Shown here piece by piece: positions 1-9,646 of a stretch of DNA of 64,000 nt (within the stretch, counting starts at the first letter, position 1; each line of letters starts with the position of its first letter). The position numbers and the translations under genes are program-made. The stretch is from an uncultured bacterium (GTDB lineage Bacteria > Muiribacteriota > Ozemobacteria > Ozemobacterales > Ozemobacteraceae). The DNA is taken from positions 1,726 through 65,725 of the forward strand of contig ONIU01000005.1 of assembly GCA_900317935.1 (NCBI GenBank), written 5' to 3'. The notes under the pieces are model-generated. The model was not told where the DNA came from. It made no database searches and saw only the letters and a list, made by a program, of their open reading frames with translations.

Positions 1-15
1 AATGTAAGATATAAG

Positions 16-804
16 TTATAGTTTTAGAATTTCTATAGATTGTTCGTGAAGTATTCCGTTGGTTGCCAGAAGCTCTAATGAATCTAATTCCATTTTTGAA
101 CCGTCGTATCTTGTTATCTTACCGCCAGCTTCCTCTAAGAGTAGTTGGCCAGCAGCTATATCCCAAGGCTTGAGGTTCTTTTCCCAATAAATAGAATAAA
201 TACCTTTTGACAGATAACATAGGTCTAGGGCTGCTGAACCGAATCGGCGCACATCCTGGACGTGCATAAGCATATTTTTCAGTCTGGTTGTTATTTCATC
301 TATGTGTTCTCTTCTGTTATAAGGGAAACCAGTTACCGCTAATGCATTATTTATATCGCTTGTATTGCTGACATGAATTTTTTCTTCATTACAGAAGGCT
401 CCGCCTTCTTTTATGCTGTAATAGGTTTCATTATTTATTGGATTTTTTATAACTCCAACTAACGGAACACCATCATGGCATAAAGCGATTGAAATAGAGA
501 AATGAGGTAGGCGGTTAGCGAAGTTAGTGGTTCCGTCTATTGGGTCAACAATCCAGAAATCGCCATTTCTCCAATCTTCTCCGCCGCCTTCTTCACCATA
601 AAACTTAATTTCAGGGAAAGACTTAGTCAATTCTTCCTTTAATATTTTTTCAGATGCTAAATCTACTTCAGTAACAAGATCTACTGTTCCTTTATGAACA
701 ATATTATGTTTATTATAAAAATTTTTCTTTATCATTTCTGAAGAGATATTTGCTGCTTTTTGTGCACCATCTAAGTATTTTGACAATTCTTGCATAATTT
801 TCAC
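16..804 (-). CDS. suhB: Inositol monophosphatase family protein (SuhB-like)
   Basis: 262-aa ORF with IMPase-family motifs VTEVDLASE, FWIVDPIDGTTNF and WDIAAGQLLLEEAGG. Confidence 0.85.
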   Translation of the reverse strand: MKIMQELSKYLDGAQKAANISSEMIKKNFYNKHNIVHKGTVDLVTEVDLASEKILKEELTKSFPEIKFYGEEGGGEDWRNGDFWIVDPIDGTTNFANRLPHFSISIALCHDGVPLVGVIKNPINNETYYSIKEGGAFCNEEKIHVSNTSDINNALAVTGFPYNRREHIDEITTRLKNMLMHVQDVRRFGSAALDLCYLSKGIYSIYWEKNLKPWDIAAGQLLLEEAGGKITRYDGSKMELDSLELLATNGILHEQSIEILKL

Positions 805-874
805 CCGAAACTTGATTTGAGATTATTTGTTAATGATGATAAAATGCTTTTACGGAAAACTCAAGGAGAACTGT

Positions 875-2260
875 ATGAAAATTACAGGCAAATTACTAAG
901 TATATTTGTTTTATATAGTATTTTTGCAGTATCTGCTAATGCAGAGACTATTCAATTCGGCAAAAAAAGAAATAACAAAAAAGAAAGTAATATTAATGCA
1001 GCACAAATAAAAGAAGATGAAACTGGAGTAGCTTCGGCATCATTTAGTAATTTACCTAAAAACGAAGTTATCAATACTTTTTATGCAGACCCTCTTTCAG
1101 ACGAATTTATGGGAAAAGACAGTTCTATCCATGATGCTGAACGAAACCGTTCTACTAAAGACCTATTATCTGAGTTTAACGGTCAGGTAAAAGTAATTAA
1201 TGACAATACAGAAATTCCAGATGAAGATGAATTGGTCGACGTGCACTCAAAAGATGATAGAGCCCGAATTGAAGCTCGTGCTGATCAACTATTGAAAGAA
1301 GCTGCTATTGAAGAATCAAAGAATAATACTGGAGAAGCTCTTTTAGAAAATTCAGCAGATAAAATTTCTGAAAAACTGAAAGAAAGAGATAATAGTAAAC
1401 AAATAGCTTCTTTTACTGATTTATATAAAGAAAATGCTTCTGAAACAATTGATATTAGTGAGAATAAATCTTCTGATGAAAAAGGCGAAGCTTCAAAATT
1501 AGCCGTAGATATGCCTGAAGAAGATCCAGAATTTTCTAATAAAACAGTTGGTGAAGAAGTTGTAATTGTTGAAGAAAAAGATACTGAAGAAAAAATAGAT
1601 GTTCCAGATTATGAAAAATTAAAAGGTATAGTTTCTGCTGATGAAATAGAAGATGATTCCTCTTCTAAGAAAAAAAAGAAAAGAAAAGAAGAAGAAAAAG
1701 AATCTAAAACGGCTAAGACTTCCAAAAAAAATATAAAGCTAAGAAAGATGTCTGAACCCATGGAACCTGTTTTGTTAACAGATGGCAAACCAAAGTCATT
1801 AGACGATGAAAGTGAGAAGGTTTATACTTACTCTGGTTTGTTGATACCAGAAAAACAGCCATTGGGGCGAAAAAAACATATGTTAAGATGGGTTTTAAAG
1901 CTTGATGACGGAACGAGAATTCCACTTAAATCTAATTTAAAGCTTATGCAGGAAGTTAGGAAAGAAAACAATCTGGATGATTTTGTTACAATAAGTGGTA
2001 AAATCCGCACTTCTGCTATGGAAAAAGAACTAAGATATCTAGTTCCTGATAGTATAGTAAAAGGCGGCAAACCTAATGTTTCAAAAGATACAGAAAAAAA
2101 TAAGAATGAAGCAGATATTAAGGCTGATGAAAATCAGAAAATAGAATCAGAAAATAAGATAGTAAATGAAACATTACAAGAAACTGCTAGTGATACTATT
2201 GATTTAAAAGAAGTTTCACAGTTGCCAGAAGAGAATAAATCTCTCCAAACAGCAAAATGA
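875..2260 (+). CDS. Secreted acidic low-complexity protein, function unknown
   Basis: ORF track gives 827..2260; start moved to ATG 875, 6 nt after GGAG. Signal peptide MKITGKLLSIFVLYSIFAVSANA. Long D/E/K/S-rich middle with a K/R/E run. Stop overlaps the uvrC start (ATGA). Confidence 0.6.
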   Translation: MKITGKLLSIFVLYSIFAVSANAETIQFGKKRNNKKESNINAAQIKEDETGVASASFSNLPKNEVINTFYADPLSDEFMGKDSSIHDAERNRSTKDLLSEFNGQVKVINDNTEIPDEDELVDVHSKDDRARIEARADQLLKEAAIEESKNNTGEALLENSADKISEKLKERDNSKQIASFTDLYKENASETIDISENKSSDEKGEASKLAVDMPEEDPEFSNKTVGEEVVIVEEKDTEEKIDVPDYEKLKGIVSADEIEDDSSSKKKKKRKEEEKESKTAKTSKKNIKLRKMSEPMEPVLLTDGKPKSLDDESEKVYTYSGLLIPEKQPLGRKKHMLRWVLKLDDGTRIPLKSNLKLMQEVRKENNLDDFVTISGKIRTSAMEKELRYLVPDSIVKGGKPNVSKDTEKNKNEADIKADENQKIESENKIVNETLQETASDTIDLKEVSQLPEENKSLQTAK

Positions 2261-4056
2261 CTAGTGAAAAAATAGAAAAAAAATTAGCATTGCTTCCGAT
2301 GAATCCAGGTGTTTACCTGATGAAAAATTCTGTCGGAACAGTAATTTATGTTGGTAAATCCAGATGTTTAAAAAAGCGCGTAAATTCATATTTTAATAGA
2401 CATCATGACAGCAATAAAACTAATGCTTTAGTTGCTGCCATAGATGATTTCGAATATATAATCACAAATACAGAAGTTGAAGCTTTAATTCTGGAAAATA
2501 ATTTAATAAAGAAGCATAACCCTCATTACAACATACTTTTAAAAGATAACAAAACATATCCATATATTAAAGTTACGATGAAAGACCGTTTCCCACGACT
2601 TGAAAAAGTAAGAAAAGTTGCTTACCGTGATGGAAACCTTTATTATGGACCTTTCCCAAGCGGTTATGATTTATCTAGAATTATAGATATGCTGTCTAGA
2701 ACTTTCAGGCTTTGTACCTCAAAAAAAGCTGTGGGAAACGATGGGAAAAAGAAAAGGCCCTGTTTAAACTATCATCTCGGTTTGTGCCAAGGTGTTTGTC
2801 AGGGCAATATTTCCCCCGAAGAATATGCTGTTTCTGTAAATAAGACTGTTGATGTGCTTTCTGGAAAAGTCCCACCTGATTTTACAGGCTTAGAAAAGCA
2901 ACTTAAAGAGCTTTCAGCCAAATTTCTTTTTGAAGAAGCGGCAGAGGTCAGAGATACTTTGACTGCTCTTAGAAAGTTCTTTGAAAGTCAGAAAGTAGAG
3001 TTTCTAAAACCAATAGATATTGATTTCTGGGGAATAGCAGAAGCTGGTTTAAGAGTGATTTTCTCTGTTTTTTCTATCAGAGGCGGTAAGTTGCTAGGTA
3101 ACCGAATAATTGATTTTGAAAGATATGATGACATGTCTTTGGCTGAAGCCTTAACAGAAGTAATAAACCGTCATTACGATATAGATTTGATTCCTGCTTT
3201 CTTATATTCATCTTTGATGCCTGATGGTGATGATTCATTGTTGGAAATGCTTTCAGCCAAAGCTGACCGCAAAGTTTCTTTTCATGTTCCTCAAAAAGGA
3301 CAGTTTCTGACTTTGCTGGAAATGGCAAATAATAACGCAAGAGAATTTCTGAGAAATAGTGAAACCAAAGGCAAAGAACGTTTGGATGATTCTGTAATTG
3401 ATTTACAGACAAGATTAGGTTTGAAAAAGCCGCCTATACATATTGAGTGTACCGATATTGCTCACATTCAAGGTGTAGACCCTGTAGCCTCTGTTGTTGT
3501 AAGTGAAAACGGCAAACCTAAGAAAAGCGAATATCGACTATTTCATATAAAAGAAGCTATGGGTGGCGATGACCCTGCTTCAATAGGGGAAATTGTAAGA
3601 AGACGTTTCTCTAGACTTTTGGCAGAACAAAGACCCTTACCTGACTTGTTTATTGTTGATGGTGGTATTACTCAGCTTCATTCTGCTATGCATGAATTGG
3701 AATTATTGGGAATTCATGATCAGCAGATAATGGGGCTTGCAAAGAAAGAAGAATTACTTGTTCAGACAGATGGACGTGAAATAAAACTTCCTTTTTCCAG
3801 CCCTGGTATGAGGGTTATAATTAAGCTTAGAAATGAAGCTCATAGATTCTGCCATACCTTCCAAAGTAAAACCCATACCCAGAGAACTCTACGTTCTTCT
3901 TTGCTGAATTTGCCAGGGGTAGGGCCAGTTATCTTAAAGAAACTTATTTTAGAATTTGGTTCTATAGAAAATGTAGTAAAAGCAACTGCGGAAGAAATAG
4001 TTGAACGTTGCCATATTCCATTAAAAACAGCTGAATTGATAATTAATTCAGTGTAA
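2257..4056 (+). CDS. uvrC: Excinuclease ABC subunit C
   Basis: 599 aa. N-terminal GIY-YIG motif (GVYLMKN..GTVIYVGKSRCLKKRVNSYF), UvrBC-interaction region, and C-terminal helix-hairpin-helix (LLNLPGVGPVILKKLILEFGS). Confidence 0.95.
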   Translation: MTSEKIEKKLALLPMNPGVYLMKNSVGTVIYVGKSRCLKKRVNSYFNRHHDSNKTNALVAAIDDFEYIITNTEVEALILENNLIKKHNPHYNILLKDNKTYPYIKVTMKDRFPRLEKVRKVAYRDGNLYYGPFPSGYDLSRIIDMLSRTFRLCTSKKAVGNDGKKKRPCLNYHLGLCQGVCQGNISPEEYAVSVNKTVDVLSGKVPPDFTGLEKQLKELSAKFLFEEAAEVRDTLTALRKFFESQKVEFLKPIDIDFWGIAEAGLRVIFSVFSIRGGKLLGNRIIDFERYDDMSLAEALTEVINRHYDIDLIPAFLYSSLMPDGDDSLLEMLSAKADRKVSFHVPQKGQFLTLLEMANNNAREFLRNSETKGKERLDDSVIDLQTRLGLKKPPIHIECTDIAHIQGVDPVASVVVSENGKPKKSEYRLFHIKEAMGGDDPASIGEIVRRRFSRLLAEQRPLPDLFIVDGGITQLHSAMHELELLGIHDQQIMGLAKKEELLVQTDGREIKLPFSSPGMRVIIKLRNEAHRFCHTFQSKTHTQRTLRSSLLNLPGVGPVILKKLILEFGSIENVVKATAEEIVERCHIPLKTAELIINSV

Positions 4057-4107
4057 TGTTTTATTATTTATTTCTTAATAAGGCTTATAATGTTGCTTAA
4101 TACAATA

Positions 4108-4368
4108 TTATAAAAAATCAAAGGGGTCGATTTCGTCTCGACCTTCTTTTTTTTCTCTTTCGTTAAGTTCTTCAAGAGAACTGCAAGAGCCAAAAGTGGA
4201 GATAAAAACAATCAGGTCGATGAAAATAAAAACTAAGTCTAATGCTCTTTCTGGGCAAGTAAGAATAAAAACATCCATACTTAAAAAGAGCATACCAAAA
4301 CCAATTAATAGACTAAGTAAAATTTTTGGTAAAACTGTAACAAAAAAGAACAAAAATGTATTTAACAT
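4108..4368 (-). CDS. Hypothetical small membrane protein (weak call)
   Basis: 86-aa ORF with two hydrophobic helices. No clear RBS, and the 3' end overlaps the putative uvrC terminator hairpin. Confidence 0.3.
   Translation of the reverse strand: MLNTFLFFFVTVLPKILLSLLIGFGMLFLSMDVFILTCPERALDLVFIFIDLIVFISTFGSCSSLEELNEREKKEGRDEIDPFDFL
4125..4154 (+). terminator. Putative rho-independent terminator after uvrC
   Basis: GGTCGA-TTTCGTC-TCGACC hairpin followed by TTCTTTTTTTT. Confidence 0.5.
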
Positions 4369-4514
4369 TTTTTGCCTCGAACAAATATCTCTAGTCTTTT
4401 ATTATACATCAAATTCAAATATAAAACATTGAAAAATGTAAAATATTTTATTTCTTTCTATTTCTAATAAATATATAATGATTTATTGTAATATTTTGGA
4501 AGAGCAAATAGTAT

Positions 4515-4718
4515 ATGAATACAGATCTTTTAGTGCTAATTATTCAAATTTTAATGTTATTAATCGGTCTTGGTTTTATTTTTCTAATGATAAGAAAGGT
4601 AAATAAAATAAAAGATGAAACGGAAAAAGATTTGGATTATATAAATAAAACAATAAGGGAAACTAATGAAAAACTAGGTGTGACTATTGACGAAGATGAT
4701 TTGAAAAATGACAAATAA
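4515..4718 (+). CDS. Hypothetical small single-pass membrane protein
   Basis: 67-aa ORF with an N-terminal TM helix (LLVLIIQILMLLIGLGFIFLMI) and a charged tail. GGAAG lies upstream. Confidence 0.4.
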   Translation: MNTDLLVLIIQILMLLIGLGFIFLMIRKVNKIKDETEKDLDYINKTIRETNEKLGVTIDEDDLKNDK

Positions 4719-4783
4719 CTTTATTAACTAAGAATATCTATATTTTACGCTTTTCTGTATATATTTAAAAGATTGGAGAAAAA

Positions 4784-7642
4784 ATGAAGAAGCTTATATT
4801 TGGATTAATCTTTTTATTTGGTATTTCACCTATTTGTTTTGCCGAAGATAGATTTAAACTTGAAGGCTATAACGATATAACTGATAATATTAAAAGTTAT
4901 CAGATTACAAAAGCTGATATAACTATATTAGGGGTTGAGTTTTATAAAAACGGCTGTTATTCTTTTAAACATTGCTATAAACCAATGATTTTAAATCCTG
5001 ATACAGCTAACAGTTTTGCTATAGTTTTTTCTGGTTCTTCTAATTGGCATAATGATACTAGAAGAGAATACTTTGAAAATGAATTTAATATTTCTGTATC
5101 TTTTGACTTGCAATTATGGCCTGCTACTGACGGCAGAATCTATGGAGCAAAATTTATTCCTACTAAAATTTCTAATTCAAAAACTACTTTTCAAGGTAAA
5201 TTAATACAATATAATTATCCAACAAACTCTGCTTATGGTGACTATATAACGAGAAAAGAAATTCCAGAATCAACTGTTGGTCCTTATGAAATGAAGGAAG
5301 TTGATTATAAAAAAGGTTTTGAAGCTAAGTGTGATAGCAGTGCAAAGTATCACGATATTCCTATGGTTTTAAAGCCTTATGCTCAGAATATCATCTCTTT
5401 AGAAGACAGATATTTAAGTGAAAAGTCTATGTATTTCCCTTGTATTATTGTAGATGAAGATGGTAATAAAACAAATCAATCAACTAGCCAAGAATCTATT
5501 GATTATACTATTTATGCTGTTGTTAATTCTTTAACTTTTACAGATGGAACTACAAAGACTTTTAATACAGAAAAAATTGATGAAAAATCCTGGGTTGAAC
5601 AAAACAATAAATATGAAAAGAAAATGCCTTGGGAAGGCAAAGGAACCAGTGATAGCCCATTCCTTATAAAAGATCTTAATGATTTGATTGCTTTAAATAC
5701 AGAGTATAAATATTTAGACGGTGGCTACTATTTTAAGCAGGAAGCAGATATAAGTATTTCTAATAATGAATTTTGGGGAAAGCCACAAGATAATCTGCTG
5801 CTTTATTATTATGAAAAACCCTTTATTGGTCACTATGATGGAAACGGAAAAAGTATTACAGGTTTGAAAATTGTTACATCAGATAAAGAGCTTACGACAG
5901 TTCCAAAATGTCCATATAATGATTTTCATGGATTGTTCCACAGAGTTAGAAATGCAGAAATCAAGAATCTTACAGTAAACTGTGAAATTGATATAGGTGA
6001 AAACGATAAAGCTGGTGCCTTAGCAGGTGAAGCTATTAATGCTACTTTTACAAATATTATAGTTAATTCAAAAGTAAAAGGAAAAGAATCAATAGGTGGT
6101 CTAATAGGTGAGGGCACCAACCTAAGTTTTAAAGATATTGTAGTTAATTTAAATAATGTTACAGGTAAAAAGTTTGTTGGTGGTATTCTAGGAAAGGGTG
6201 AAAGAATATCGGCTGACAATCTGACTTTAAAAGATTCATCTGTTAACGGTGAAGAACTCGTTGGCGGTGCATTCGGTAATTTAGAACAATACTGCAAAAT
6301 AAGTAATGTAAAAGCTGATGTAAATGTTACTGCAAAAAAGGTTTGCGGTGGTGTAATCGGCAGTATAAAAGAATATTGTAGCGCAAACAATATTAGTGTT
6401 TCTGGAAAAGTTACTTCTGATAGCTATGCTGGAGGAATTTTCGGTCTAATCTATGGAAATAAAAAGAAAGAAGATAAACAGGATATCTACACTGATTTTG
6501 TTTCAAAAGCAGAAGTGACATCTAAAGGAAATGCAGGTGGCATTGTAAGTGAAATATCTGAAAACGCATCATTGTCTGACTGTGTAAATTTTGGAACAGT
6601 AGTAGGAATAAGCATAGGTGGAATTGCTTCTTCCATTGGTGTGTTTGATAGAAATGCTGTTTGGAAAGTAACAACTGTTGCAAGATGCGAAAATCACGGG
6701 CAGTTAAAATCTACAAACGAGATAAAAGCTTATAAAAGTGGCGGAATAGCTGCTAACCTGAGAATGGAAAATACAATTAAAGATTGCTACAATGACGCTA
6801 ATATTGAAGCGAAGCAAGAATGTGGCGGTATTGTGGGTTATAACGATAGAGGATACATTGAAAACTGTTATGCAATAGGGGAATTTAAAACCGAATACTA
6901 TGATTCTAAAGTCGGTGGTATTTCTGGCATGTTTTTCTCTCCTATAGGACCGACAAAATCAAATCTGCATTCAACCATCAAAAATTGCTTTATAACAAAT
7001 GATACTAAGTTCTCTTTTAAAGGCAAACCAAGTGAAAGCAAAAACTCTACTTTTAAATGCTGCAGCGAAGAACCTACATATAAAGAATCTTATTCTAATC
7101 TTCAAAGATTCAATTCTGTTTCTGACATAAAACTAGATTCTTCTTGGAATCCAGAAGTCTGGGAAATAAAATCAGGTGCTTATCCAAAGTTAAAGATGGC
7201 TTCTAAGGTTTCAAACAATTCAGCTTCTAATAATCAACCAAAAGTTGAAACTCCAAAAGAAGAAAAACCGGCCGTTAAAGAAAGTGTTCCTGAATCAAAA
7301 TCAGTAGAGACTAAGCCTGTTGAACAAAAACCTGCAGAAGTTAAACCAGCAGATGAAAAACCTGCTGAACAACCAGCTGAACAACCAGCCAAAGCTGAAG
7401 CTCCAGTGGTAAAAACTTCAGAGCAACCTGGCAAAGTAGATGCTTCAGTAGTAAAACCTGTTGAAGTTAAACCAGCAGAAGGCAAAGCTGTTGAAGAAAA
7501 GATTCCTGAAAAAGTTGAAACTAAGATAGAATCTGTAACTAAACCATCAGTTGATACAAAAGAGTATAAACCTGTTGAATTAAAGCCTTTCCAGACTCAT
7601 CCAAAGGTTGTTGTTCCAGAAGAACTTGAGCTTGAGCCTTGA
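4784..7642 (+). CDS. Secreted GLUG-motif repeat surface protein with Pro/Glu/Lys-rich C-terminal tail
   Basis: 952 aa. GGAG RBS and signal peptide MKKLIFGLIFLFGISPICFA. About 10 spaced G-G-[ILVA]-x-[GS] repeats (GGLIG, GGILG, GGAFG, GGVIG, GGIFG and others). KP[AV]E/EQPA low-complexity tail. Confidence 0.75.
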   Translation: MKKLIFGLIFLFGISPICFAEDRFKLEGYNDITDNIKSYQITKADITILGVEFYKNGCYSFKHCYKPMILNPDTANSFAIVFSGSSNWHNDTRREYFENEFNISVSFDLQLWPATDGRIYGAKFIPTKISNSKTTFQGKLIQYNYPTNSAYGDYITRKEIPESTVGPYEMKEVDYKKGFEAKCDSSAKYHDIPMVLKPYAQNIISLEDRYLSEKSMYFPCIIVDEDGNKTNQSTSQESIDYTIYAVVNSLTFTDGTTKTFNTEKIDEKSWVEQNNKYEKKMPWEGKGTSDSPFLIKDLNDLIALNTEYKYLDGGYYFKQEADISISNNEFWGKPQDNLLLYYYEKPFIGHYDGNGKSITGLKIVTSDKELTTVPKCPYNDFHGLFHRVRNAEIKNLTVNCEIDIGENDKAGALAGEAINATFTNIIVNSKVKGKESIGGLIGEGTNLSFKDIVVNLNNVTGKKFVGGILGKGERISADNLTLKDSSVNGEELVGGAFGNLEQYCKISNVKADVNVTAKKVCGGVIGSIKEYCSANNISVSGKVTSDSYAGGIFGLIYGNKKKEDKQDIYTDFVSKAEVTSKGNAGGIVSEISENASLSDCVNFGTVVGISIGGIASSIGVFDRNAVWKVTTVARCENHGQLKSTNEIKAYKSGGIAANLRMENTIKDCYNDANIEAKQECGGIVGYNDRGYIENCYAIGEFKTEYYDSKVGGISGMFFSPIGPTKSNLHSTIKNCFITNDTKFSFKGKPSESKNSTFKCCSEEPTYKESYSNLQRFNSVSDIKLDSSWNPEVWEIKSGAYPKLKMASKVSNNSASNNQPKVETPKEEKPAVKESVPESKSVETKPVEQKPAEVKPADEKPAEQPAEQPAKAEAPVVKTSEQPGKVDASVVKPVEVKPAEGKAVEEKIPEKVETKIESVTKPSVDTKEYKPVELKPFQTHPKVVVPEELELEP

Positions 7643-7724
7643 TAAGAGCAACAGAGCTTAGAGCATAGAGCAGCAGAGCATAGAGCAGCAGAGCAACAGA
7701 GCAATAGAGCTTAGAGCTTTTAGA
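7643..7724. repeat. Degenerate 7-8 bp AGAGC(A/T)N tandem tract
   Basis: About 11 consecutive AGAGC-containing units directly after the stop codon at 7642. Confidence 0.8.
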
Positions 7725-7726
7725 GT

Positions 7727-7862
7727 AAGACCCCTTTCGTCTGCCTTACGGCAGCCACTTCCCCCACCTACGTGGGGGAAGTTCTTCAAGAAGCGCCCCC
7801 AGAATTTTGAAAAAATTGCTGGGGGAGGAGCTGGCGAGCGATAGCGAGACTTAGGGGGTCTT
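7727..7862 (+). repeat. Intergenic structured module M1 (AAGACCCC...GGGGTCTT), copy 1
   Basis: Complementary ends at 7727-7734 and 7855-7862. Internal hairpins CTGCC/GGCAG (7741-7754), CCCCCAC/GTGGGGG (7761-7778) and CCCCCAG/CTGGGGG (7796-7825). Shares the GAAGCGCCCCCAG and GGGGGTCTT cores with the copies near 41.6, 44.5 and 51.0 kb. Confidence 0.8.
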
Positions 7863-7878
7863 TTAGAAATATGAGAGC

Positions 7879-7907
7879 GCCAAGCTTTGCTTGGCATGGT
7901 TGTTTTT
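7879..7907 (+). terminator. Possible terminator hairpin downstream of the GLUG gene
   Basis: GCCAAGC-TTT-GCTTGGC 7-bp stem, followed after 6 nt by a T-run. Confidence 0.4.
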
Positions 7908-7956
7908 ATATATAAAATAGGTTAGTATGTTTAAAAATAAAAAATAGGAGAGATAG

Positions 7957-8748
7957 ATGTTTTGCCCTAATTGTGGTGCTCAAACTGTCGATGGTGCTGC
8001 ATTCTGTGTAAAGTGTGGGAAGCCACTTCCAAATACAATTCCTAATAACACTGTTGCTCAAACTAATGCAATCGCAGGTGGCACAGTTCAGATAAATCAA
8101 CAAGTGGTTCAGCCGATTCCTCAAGCATCTAACTTATTTGTTACTCCTCCTCCTCAGATGGTTTCAAGAATAGGCTATTCAAATGCCATAAATGATCCGA
8201 GATTTGCAAGTAAAAAACGAACACAGGGGTGTGCATCATTCATTTTTAGTCTCATAGTAATTCCAATGCCTTTGATAGGTTTTGCAATTTATGGATATTA
8301 TTTTCAAGATAAAATGCCAATGAAAGAGGTTTTTTTAACTGGAGCTGGTGTTTCTGGTATTTTCTTATTGTTTTATGTAGTTTTCTGGTTAAAGAAACTT
8401 TTCAGCAGTGATTGGGAAGGGGTTGTTACTGCTTTAACGGAAGAAGAACACTTATATCATCGAAATAATTCTAATAGAACCTATACAGACCGAGTTGAAT
8501 ACTATTATATGTATGTTGTTAAAATTCAAACTACTTCTGGGAAGATAAAAAAGATTGAAAATAAAAGCCAAAATTCCTTTTATTACAATTATTTTAAAGT
8601 TGGTGACAGAGTTAAATATCACCATGATATAGATTATTATGAAAAATATGACAAAACGTATGACACTCATATTCTTTGTCCGTTTTGCGCAAGAGTTAAT
8701 CCTATAACAGATGATGTTTGCAAGTGCGGGGCACCGATTGTGAAATGA
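7957..8748 (+). CDS. Membrane protein with N- and C-terminal zinc-ribbon motifs
   Basis: 263 aa with AGGAGA RBS. CPNCG..x..CVKCG at the N-terminus, a P/Q-rich linker, two TM helices, a beta-rich domain, and a C-terminal CPFC..CKCG. Confidence 0.7.
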   Translation: MFCPNCGAQTVDGAAFCVKCGKPLPNTIPNNTVAQTNAIAGGTVQINQQVVQPIPQASNLFVTPPPQMVSRIGYSNAINDPRFASKKRTQGCASFIFSLIVIPMPLIGFAIYGYYFQDKMPMKEVFLTGAGVSGIFLLFYVVFWLKKLFSSDWEGVVTALTEEEHLYHRNNSNRTYTDRVEYYYMYVVKIQTTSGKIKKIENKSQNSFYYNYFKVGDRVKYHHDIDYYEKYDKTYDTHILCPFCARVNPITDDVCKCGAPIVK

Positions 8749-8830
8749 GAGATTAGAGGTAGGTGATGAGTGATAGGTAATTTGGGTTGGTGGTTGGTGG
8801 TAGGTGATAGGTTGTAAGCCATGATAGGAG
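8749..8830. repeat. Degenerate GGT(G/T)(A/G)-rich short tandem tract
   Basis: GGTAGGTGATGAGTGATAGGT..GGTTGGTGGTTGGTGGTAGGTGATAGGT. This is the reverse complement of the CACCTACCACCAACC tracts at 53721-53765 and 51040-51060. Confidence 0.7.
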
Positions 8831-8833
8831 AAT

Positions 8834-9526
8834 ATGATGTTAACTAGAATATTCTGGTTTTTAGTAGCCTTAGTTTGTTTACTTTGTAGTTTGGTAGGTA
8901 TTGTTCCAATTGTTGGTAAATCCACTGAAGCACTTGTTACAGAAAACTCTAGCAGAACTGTTAATGTTAGACGAGGTGGAAGACAGGTATATGTTAATAA
9001 AAACGGCTACGAAGTTCAGAAAACCAGAACTGAATACACTTATTCATATGAATTTTTTGTTAATGGTGAAAAATATACTGGAAGTTTTTCTGAATATGAG
9101 CAAATTCATAAAAAAGGCGGTAAGGTCACCGTTTATTATCTTCCTTTTTACCCCAAGATTCATTCTTCAATGAATCCTTATCTTCTTTATTTTTTATCTG
9201 GAATATGCTTCCTAAGCGGTATAGTATTAATGCGATCATCTATTAGTGGTAGGAGACCTGAAATAAATATTGGTGGCCGTAATAATGTCTTTACTTCTGG
9301 TCCAAAATATCCTAGTAATAATGCTGTTCAAAGTGTTTTGCAGAACCAGAACCCTCAGCCTATGCAGCAATTTGTTCCTATTCAACCGCAAATAGTTCCA
9401 CAAACTCAGCAATTTCAACAAATACCGAGTAATTCAAATACAAATGGCTATGCATTTTGTCCTAAATGTGGTTCTCCATTGGGCGCAGGATACGCATTTT
9501 GTCCAAAGTGCGGTTGTAAATGCTGA
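8834..9526 (+). CDS. DUF3592-like membrane protein with C-terminal double zinc ribbon
   Basis: 230 aa with AGGAG RBS. Layout is TM, beta domain (TEYTYSYEFFVNGEKYTGSF...GGKVTVYYLPFYP), TM, Q/P-rich linker, then CPKCG..CPKCG. Confidence 0.65.
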   Translation: MMLTRIFWFLVALVCLLCSLVGIVPIVGKSTEALVTENSSRTVNVRRGGRQVYVNKNGYEVQKTRTEYTYSYEFFVNGEKYTGSFSEYEQIHKKGGKVTVYYLPFYPKIHSSMNPYLLYFLSGICFLSGIVLMRSSISGRRPEINIGGRNNVFTSGPKYPSNNAVQSVLQNQNPQPMQQFVPIQPQIVPQTQQFQQIPSNSNTNGYAFCPKCGSPLGAGYAFCPKCGCKC

Positions 9527-9646
9527 AACTTAAGAAATATTAATAATAGATATTGTTTAAAGAATAATAATCTGGAAAACTTGATATTAAAAAGCATAAT
9601 AATTATATATAAAAAGAATATTTTTAAGCATGCAAATTAAAAGAAT

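Noticed and set aside
5926-6390. Antisense or alternative-frame ORFs inside long genes. They are 1713..1925, 1828..2070, 3077..3412, 5926..6390, 7234..7485, 8452..8925, 14061..14339, 19328..19765, 22670..22915, 22975..23184, 27375..27984, 31466..32022, 32363..32599, 37433..37771, 38096..38763, 39025..39294, 45012..45335, 49860..50567 and 63368..63574.
   Set aside because: All are fully embedded in stronger ORFs with recognisable domains or coherent membrane or secreted-protein features. Their composition is typical of shadow frames and they lack RBSs.
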